From Octopus vulgaris (Eukaryota), in assembly GCA_951406725.2 (NCBI GenBank), contig OX597820.1:75826001-75890000 (forward strand): 64,000 nucleotides of DNA, read 5' to 3'. Shown here one piece after another: positions 56,243 through 64,000 of the stretch. Every line of letters starts with the position of its first letter. Position 1 is the stretch's first letter. Made by a program: the position numbers and the translations under genes. The notes below the pieces were generated by a model. The model did not search any database. It was given only the letters and a program-made list of their open reading frames with translations, and was not told the origin of the DNA.

Positions 56243-57254
56243 TAGGACAATCAGTTGTCGAAACTAATATGTATGTATGTACGAACACTCACACATACAC
56301 ACACACATATGTTACCATTTACTTGCTTCAGTCATTGGATTGGGGTCATGGTGGGGCACCACCTTCAAGAATTTAGTTGAACAAAACTGATCCTGGTGCC
56401 AATTTTTCTAGTTCTGATATTTATTCCATCGCCCTCTTACTTTACGTTACGAGGAGATAAACAAACCAACACCAGATGTTAAGTGGTGGTGGAGGATAAA
56501 CACAAACACAAAGTCTTACACACATACATGCACAAGCACATACACATACACATTCACCTACACACAAATATATGATGGGCTTCCACACAGTTTCCTCTAC
56601 CTAATTCATTCACAAAGGCATTTGTGAGCCTAGAGCTATGCCAGAAGACACTTGCTGAAAGTGCGGTACTGTGGGATTGAACCCAAAATCCCGCGGATGC
56701 AAAGACAGCTTCTTAAACACCCAGCCATGCCTACACTAGAATATATATATATATTTGAAGAAAGGAAGAGAAAGAGAAAGAGAGACGGAGACAGACAGAC
56801 CGTCAGACAGACAAAGACAGAAAATGACGTTCCTTAAAACTGCTCATTACAGTAACGACACCACCAATAAATATAATATACAAACCCAATAACACCACCC
56901 GTTTTTCCCATCCAAAGTGTCACACAGTCACACAACCACTGCACTAACTACATTAACGATTAATGACAGTTTTAATAGGTCTCCAGGCACAACTGCTGCT
57001 GGGTTTATCTGAATCAAAGAAGCGGGGGGAAAGAAACTGGCTATAACGATCAAGTTATAATAAACAGTGACAGAAATTAACACTTAACTGCAAATATTCG
57101 TAAAATTACGTTGATAAAGAAATCTCTTCCACAACGATGAGTCAGAGCGGTGCAAAAATGGCCGATTATTGCTTGTGTTGTTTTGCTCATTGTTCTTAGA
57201 ATTGTTACTGTTTGCGTTTTATAATGTAAGCTGAATCTGTAGTAGTGGATGCAG

Positions 57255-57277
57255 CAGCAGTAGTAATAGCAGCAGCT

Positions 57278-57336
<59 letters not shown>

Positions 57337-57346
57337 GGTGGTGGTG

Positions 57347-57391
<45 letters not shown>

Positions 57392-57642
57392 TGTGGTGGT
57401 GGTGGTGGTGGTGGTGGTGGTAGTAGTAGTAGTAGTAGTGGTGGTGGTGGTGGTGGTGGTGGTAGTGGTAGTAGTAGTAGTAGTAGTGGTGGTGGTGGTG
57501 GTGGTGGTGGTAGTGGTAGTAGTAGTAGTAGTAGTAGTAGTTATTGTTGTTGTAGATTAATGGTTGTGGTGATGTTGATTATTATGTTAACATTGTAGTA
57601 GTAGTGGTGGTGGTGGTGGTGGTGGTGGTAGTGGTAGTAGTA

Positions 57643-57695
<53 letters not shown>

Positions 57696-57752
57696 TATTG
57701 TTGTTGTTGTAGATTAATGGTTGTGGTGATGTTGATTATTATGTTAACATTA
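57255..57752. repeat. Compound (GTA)n/(GGT)n microsatellite with a tandem duplication
   Basis: ttgttgtagattaatggttgtggtgatgttgattattatgttaacatt occurs at about 57547 and about 57704. Confidence 0.9.
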
Positions 57753-58864
57753 TTGTGCTTGATAGAAGGACGACTAGAATTGTTTTGCTTGGCAGAATCG
57801 TTTACACGTCGTACAAAATGCTCAGTGACATTTCTTCCAGCTCTTTATGTTCTGAGTTCAAATTCCGCCAAGGTCAACTTTATCTGTCATACAATAAAGT
57901 AAAACAAAGTAACATTTGAGTACTGAGCTCATTTTTTTTAAGTTGGCGTAGGGGAAGAATCATTAACACGTCTGGCAAAACCCTAAACGGGATTTCTCTC
58001 TGGTTCCTCACATTCTTACATCAAATTCTGCAGAGGACTTTACCTTTCCTCCTTTTGGGGTCGATAATATAAGTATCAGTTGGGCATTGAGATCGATGTA
58101 ATCGACTAACATCCTTCTCTCTAAAATTCCTAGCTTTGAATTTTTGTGTTTCATGGGTCCGTGTCACGTTGTTGTTTTCGTTTAAGCCCATTTCAACTCT
58201 GTTAGATCGCAACTACGATAAACAAACGTAACCATCCCATTCTTTTAAAAGCAATTCTAAATCAGCAGTTCTTTACACGGGAGGAAACCTCTGGGATTCC
58301 AGCAGTAAACTTAGGGATTCGAAAAAGAGAAATGTCTTTAAGTGTGGAAAAGTTCTACTGTTGTGTCTGGGGAGAATCATTATACCAATAATAAATTCTA
58401 ACCATTTAAATAGTTAACCAATTAACCAATTAATAAATAAAGAAGTGAAAAAGAACCAATGCATGTCTTTTATATTGGCATAACGACCCTCCCATGATAT
58501 AACATTTACTACGACGATAATATTCATATCCCCATAACCTCAGGAACGTGAGATGCAAACGTACACGTAATTATTTTGTTGGGGATGAGACAGTGTAAAC
58601 GTTTTGAACATCCTCCTGAAAAACTGGGTTTGCACCCCACTAAACAAATTTCATTTCAGCACTTATCTACATCACTCGAAATGAAATGGAAGGTCGCTAG
58701 GTGGCATATCTTCCTCAATTACCAACCTAGTTTCTTAAAAATCAAAAATGAACTAGAAATTGGATTATGCTGTCTACGACAAATTGTCTGAGACCTATAC
58801 GAAAAACGTTGACTCAATTGCGAATTAAAAGCATAAAGAGACAACTCGAACAGAGGTGGCTTAA

Positions 58865-58908
<44 letters not shown>

Positions 58909-59006
58909 TATTAATAAGAAAATGACAACAAAAGAACGAGACCTCGATATTATGAAAATAGAGGAATTTATATATATCTGTATATATTTATATGTATATA
59001 TGTATG

Positions 59007-59078
<72 letters not shown>

Positions 59079-60819
59079 CAAGCAAAGTACGAAGACGGGT
59101 CTCTATGTATTCGATTCATATAAGACATTTAATGCATATTATTCTAAACATACCGACACGTTTCCCTGCAATTCCGAACCCTCTTACCAACCTACAAACT
59201 CCAATAATTCTATTGTAGTTTATTGCAGAGCATATATTTTAAAATCAACTCAACCAAATTCCAGCGCCGTTGCTTCGTTATTTATTTCGAATTGTTTTCT
59301 GTCCTCATAATTAATTCTTGTTTACATTAATGCCATTAACACTCATGTTGTGGTTGTTATAATCATCATCGTAGTCATCATCACAGCATCATCACCACCA
59401 CAGCCACCACCACCACCACCACCACCACCACCACAACCACAACAACAACAACAACAATAATAACAACAACAGCAACAACAACATCACCATCATCATCATC
59501 ATTATTAATTTATTTTTGTTATTGTTATATCTATTATTATCATTACTATTATTATTATTGTTATTATTGTTGTTGTATTAAGGCAGCGAAGTGGCAGAAT
59601 CGTTAGCGCGCTGGAAGAAATGCTTAGCGGTAGTTCAGAGTTCAAATTCTGCCAAGGTTGACTTTGCTTTTCATCCTTTCGGGGTCAGGAAATTAAGTAC
59701 CAGGGAAACGCTGGGTGCGATGTAATCGACTAGTCTCCTCTCCACAAATTTCACGCCTTGTGCCTTTAGTAGAAAGGATTATTATTATCGTTGTTGGTGG
59801 TGGTGCTGTTGTTGTTGTTGTTGACGTCGTTCATGTTGTTTCATTGTGGAAAATTGTTGTTTATTATTTGTTCCTTCTCGAGTCACGCCTGGTTCATAAG
59901 GGCCGGTTTCCCTCGCGTATAGGTTCCTCACCTGGACGTGACGCCGATCCGTCGCAGGTGAGCTGCAAGATGCAGGAGGAAAGAGTGAGAGAAAGTTGTG
60001 GCGAAAGAGTCAGCAGAAGTTCGCCATTACCTTCTACCGGAGCCGCGTGGACCTTAGGTGTTTCGCTCATAAACACACATATCACTCGGTCTGAGATTCG
60101 AACCCGCTATCCATCGACCGCAAGTCCGCTGCACTAACCACTAACCATATGCCTCCACTTGTGGAAAATTAAATACAAGAAATCATTATTTATTGCTGTT
60201 AACAATTAGAGAGATATGTGAAAGTCAAAGGTCAGGAAACACTGACAAATAAATTTCTAGATTAATTTATTAGTCTCCCAGTTTTAGTTACATAATGACC
60301 ATAATAGCTGCCACACTTGTATTGCTTTTTATTATTCTGTTCCAGCAAGAGGAAATTGTTGTTTACCATTTTGAAACAAAATGGAAAACAGAGACGGACA
60401 GGAAAATAAAAAAGGAGACAAAACAACCTTATTTATATGCAACATGCAGCAAACATACAAGGATTGCACCAGACGTAACGCAGACAACGAGTGTGTTTGT
60501 GTGTGTGTGTGTGTGTATGTGTGAGCATGTATGCTGTGTAAACCTAAGTATCAAATTTACCTCTTTCTTTCTCTACAGATTGAAAAGAAATTTATGCAAA
60601 GCATTAATCGATTTCGTCCCTTATTGGGGTCTCATCAGTTGTTTGCACACTTGCACACTTGACCAGAGAAACAAGTATGTAATCGAATCAAAACTAGTAA
60701 CTCCAGAGGCTTAGAGCAAATAATTTGCATACTATAAGTGTTTAACACCTTATCTAACACACACACGTATGTACATATATGGATATACATATACATATTC
60801 ACATATGATAGACATTCTA

Positions 60820-60873
<54 letters not shown>

Positions 60874-62198
60874 GTCTGCCATATAAGAATATCGTATAAA
60901 TGTATATGTAGATATATGGATATATCGACCTACATTTATTGTTTTGTCTCTCGTCCGCGTCCACTAACGGTCTTGTATTGAGTCCGCCTAGTTTTGTTAT
61001 GTTTTGGTCCCATTCTCGGCAAGCTTCTGGCCGGACCCTCCAGAGTGGAAGCAATATTATTGATAATGGTCGAAATTGTATTTGCTCCTCAAGTCAATAA
61101 CTGGTGAAGAGTTGGTGACCATCTGTGCTTTCTGTTAGCTTGTGTATTTAGTATATACTCGTTTGTTCATTTACTAAACGTGTTTTTTAAATTTCATACA
61201 TATATATATATATACACTCCACCCACACACAGATATTACACATAATATAGATATATTGACCTGTGTATATATAAACTAACACACGCACACAAAAAACTTA
61301 TAAGTACATGTATGTATATACATTTATATCGTGTATCTTTGAATTACATGTATCTATGTATCTAAAAACGTACATAGATACATTTTCATATCTCTATGTC
61401 CGCGTGCGCGTATCGATACTCTACCAAATATACCGAGAAATACACAATCTTGGCATGGCTAATAAGAAAGAGTTTGGTGCTAATATATTCATATTGCTTT
61501 AGAAATTCATTTCATACCAAATTGAAGTAATACAGAATGAAGAAGATAAAAAAATACCAGCGTAAATGGAAACTGTAAATAAATAGAGAAATGTGGACGG
61601 AAGCCGGAAGAGAGGAAATAATTTCTGTAATCAAATTACAAAGGAAGTCGCCCGCTCTACTGCTTATTAATCAGATGAAGAAAGGTTAACGTAGTTAGAT
61701 CAGTAGGAATGGTGTATTCTTTGCCCTCAAATTCATTCTCGATACAACACATACCAGATGGAGATATTTCAGATATTCGGAATGAAATCTTAGACACCTA
61801 AAATCCAATAAGATTCAGTTTTTTTTTTTTTTGCTCATTCTTTCAATTTATTCTCACCAACTGTTATAGCTTTTCACTTGTCAGCCTCATCTTCATGCAT
61901 TATATACATTAATTTACATATATAAATGTATACTTGTATATATGCATAGACACACACATACACACACACATATATATATATATATACGCACATCCATACG
62001 CCTGTGTGTGTGCTTGCGTGTACACACACGCACGCACACCCCTTAAACTAATTCATTTGTTAAAACTAGTTTTTCCTGTGTTGTTTCCATTTTGTTGATT
62101 GCCTTATATATATATATATACAGAGGGAGAGAGAGAGAGAGGGGGAGTGAGAGATGTATGTATATATGTGTATAAATATGTATGTATTTATAAATATG

Positions 62199-62278
<80 letters not shown>

Positions 62279-62822
62279 GTATATATAAACACACACAGAT
62301 ATATAAATACGTCTGTGTGCATGTTTCTGTCTGCACGTGTATGTGCGTACAACGAAGAGCTCCCTCGCCCCAAAAGTAAAAGACAACAATCTCCGACGCC
62401 AGGTACATACTACTAGTTTTTCGACACACCCAACGTTAATGTTAGCTATGTGTATCTGGACACCATCACACACGATTACCGAATATACGCACCCATATAG
62501 CTTACAGGAGAGTATCTAACTTGAAGTCTAACCAGTAGTCAAAATCCCGCTGAGTTACACTCAGACTTACCCTTTGCAGACCAGTTCTTTCTCGAGCATT
62601 CATAACATTCTGGACAGTAAAATATTGTATACAATTCTCCAGCCGAACATATCTTAAATTTATTTGCCGTTTTTACACACAGTGATGAAGGAATGAGGAA
62701 AACTCAGATCCCTGTCGCATTTTGTTTGCAGATACTAATAGCCGGTTCCTATGAAGTGTATTGCCGATAAACCGCTCCATACTTCAACTGTTTGTAATAT
62801 TGCAGTCCTAAACAACATTGAC

Positions 62823-62861
62823 GTGCTGATGACGGTTAGTATGCTAGAAACACGTGTTTAC
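62823..62861 (+). ncRNA. Minimal type I hammerhead motif (predicted, weak helices)
   Basis: gtg-CTGATGA-cggt-tagt at gcta-GAAA-cacgtGTT-tac. Palindromic helix III AACACGTGTT. Confidence 0.55.
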
Positions 62862-63119
62862 TTGGAAGAAATTTAACAAGATCTATCAATTGTTCCATCC
62901 GTGATCACCTTGCTCTCTTCTATTTTGCACTACATTGAACTATATTTCTATTTCTTTTTTTTTTTTTAAGACGATAGGCGTCTGTGATTTGAAAGCGATT
63001 TAGCTGCTGTTTCTTGATGGTCGAACGACTGAGTAAGGGCACGCACTTTTTTCTCGTTTCCACTTGCAGAAGCGTCCATAAAGTTACAGAAGCACTCAAT
63101 GACTAGGGTAAAGACATGC

Positions 63120-63163
<44 letters not shown>

Positions 63164-63557
63164 ACACAACACACACACACACACACACACGCGCGCGCAC
63201 AAACACACCGATATATACATGTGCACATACTGAAGCACAAGAAAGAGTCTGCGAGTGATGATGTGTGTGTGAGAGCGTGTGAAAATATGAGAGCAAGGAA
63301 AAAGAAACTGAACAAAGGGAGATGCAGAGTCAAAGAAAGAGAAAGAGAGAAAGAATGGGAAACTATACAAGCGGACTGACATACAGACTGACTAAAAGAG
63401 AGAACCAGATTTCAATGAAGGAAAAATAGCTATGATAAAAGAGACATACGCTGATAGGGACATACAAATACGCACACATGCACACACACATAGTCATGAA
63501 CATATACACATACACTCACGCATACACACAAACACGCGTACTCACTCTCTCATATAT

Positions 63558-63594
<37 letters not shown>

Positions 63595-64000
63595 CGCACA
63601 CACATGCATACACACATACACGCACACGTGCGCGCAGAAACGAAATCGAAGGGCTGTGTTCCTTAATTTTGGTAGTTTGGTAATGGTAATAAAAACATAT
63701 CAGAAAAAAGTGAATTGACAATGAGGTGTGTGTGTGTGTGTGCGTTTGTGTGTGTGTGTGTTTTCGTGATATTTGTAATTCTTCACAAAGGCGTGGATAT
63801 GTGTGGGTGGCCCCCAAAGGAGTGGTTTGTAGTACAAAATTAAACGGAAATGGGGCGATCCACAAACAAGAGGAGGACTGTTTTTATCAACTAAACCGAC
63901 CACTGGTAGGGAGGAAGGAGAGGGAGAGAGAGATTGTGTTTAAGAGCAAGAGAATGAGAGAAATGTGTGTGTATGAGAAAGAGTGGGAGAGACAGAGATA

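Noticed and set aside
59145-59235. Minus-strand ctgcaat/attgcag stem followed by GAAAcgtGTC
   Set aside because: The 5' core and helix I are missing; not callable.

Overview
AT-rich, microsatellite-saturated animal genomic DNA. The SINE families and repeat density point to an octopus or other coleoid cephalopod; this is inferred from remembered repeat consensi, not from a search. The only host coding sequence I can support is the terminal exon of a heparan-sulfate 3-O-sulfotransferase (minus strand, 48736-49354), so 49355-64000 is probably its intron. Almost all other ORFs in the track are microsatellite artefacts. Mobile DNA dominates: three tRNA-derived SINE families, a 5'-truncated CR1-type LINE, a 5'-truncated Penelope-like element (RT plus GIY-YIG), non-autonomous Helitrons and Tc1/mariner MITEs and remnants. 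The most notable signal is a set of several sequence-unrelated short non-coding elements carrying type I hammerhead ribozyme cores (CTGATGA...GAAAC..GTH). Most sit in (TA)n tracts and several are built as long inverted repeats, as expected for non-autonomous Penelope-like or retrozyme-like elements. One of them (6206-6846) has a tRNA-derived Pol III head fused to a hammerhead tail, which makes it a candidate Penelope-mobilised SINE. A near-perfect tRNA-Asp fused directly to a LINE-type tail (54391-54538) looks like a nascent SINE. All folds were read by eye and repeat boundaries are approximate.
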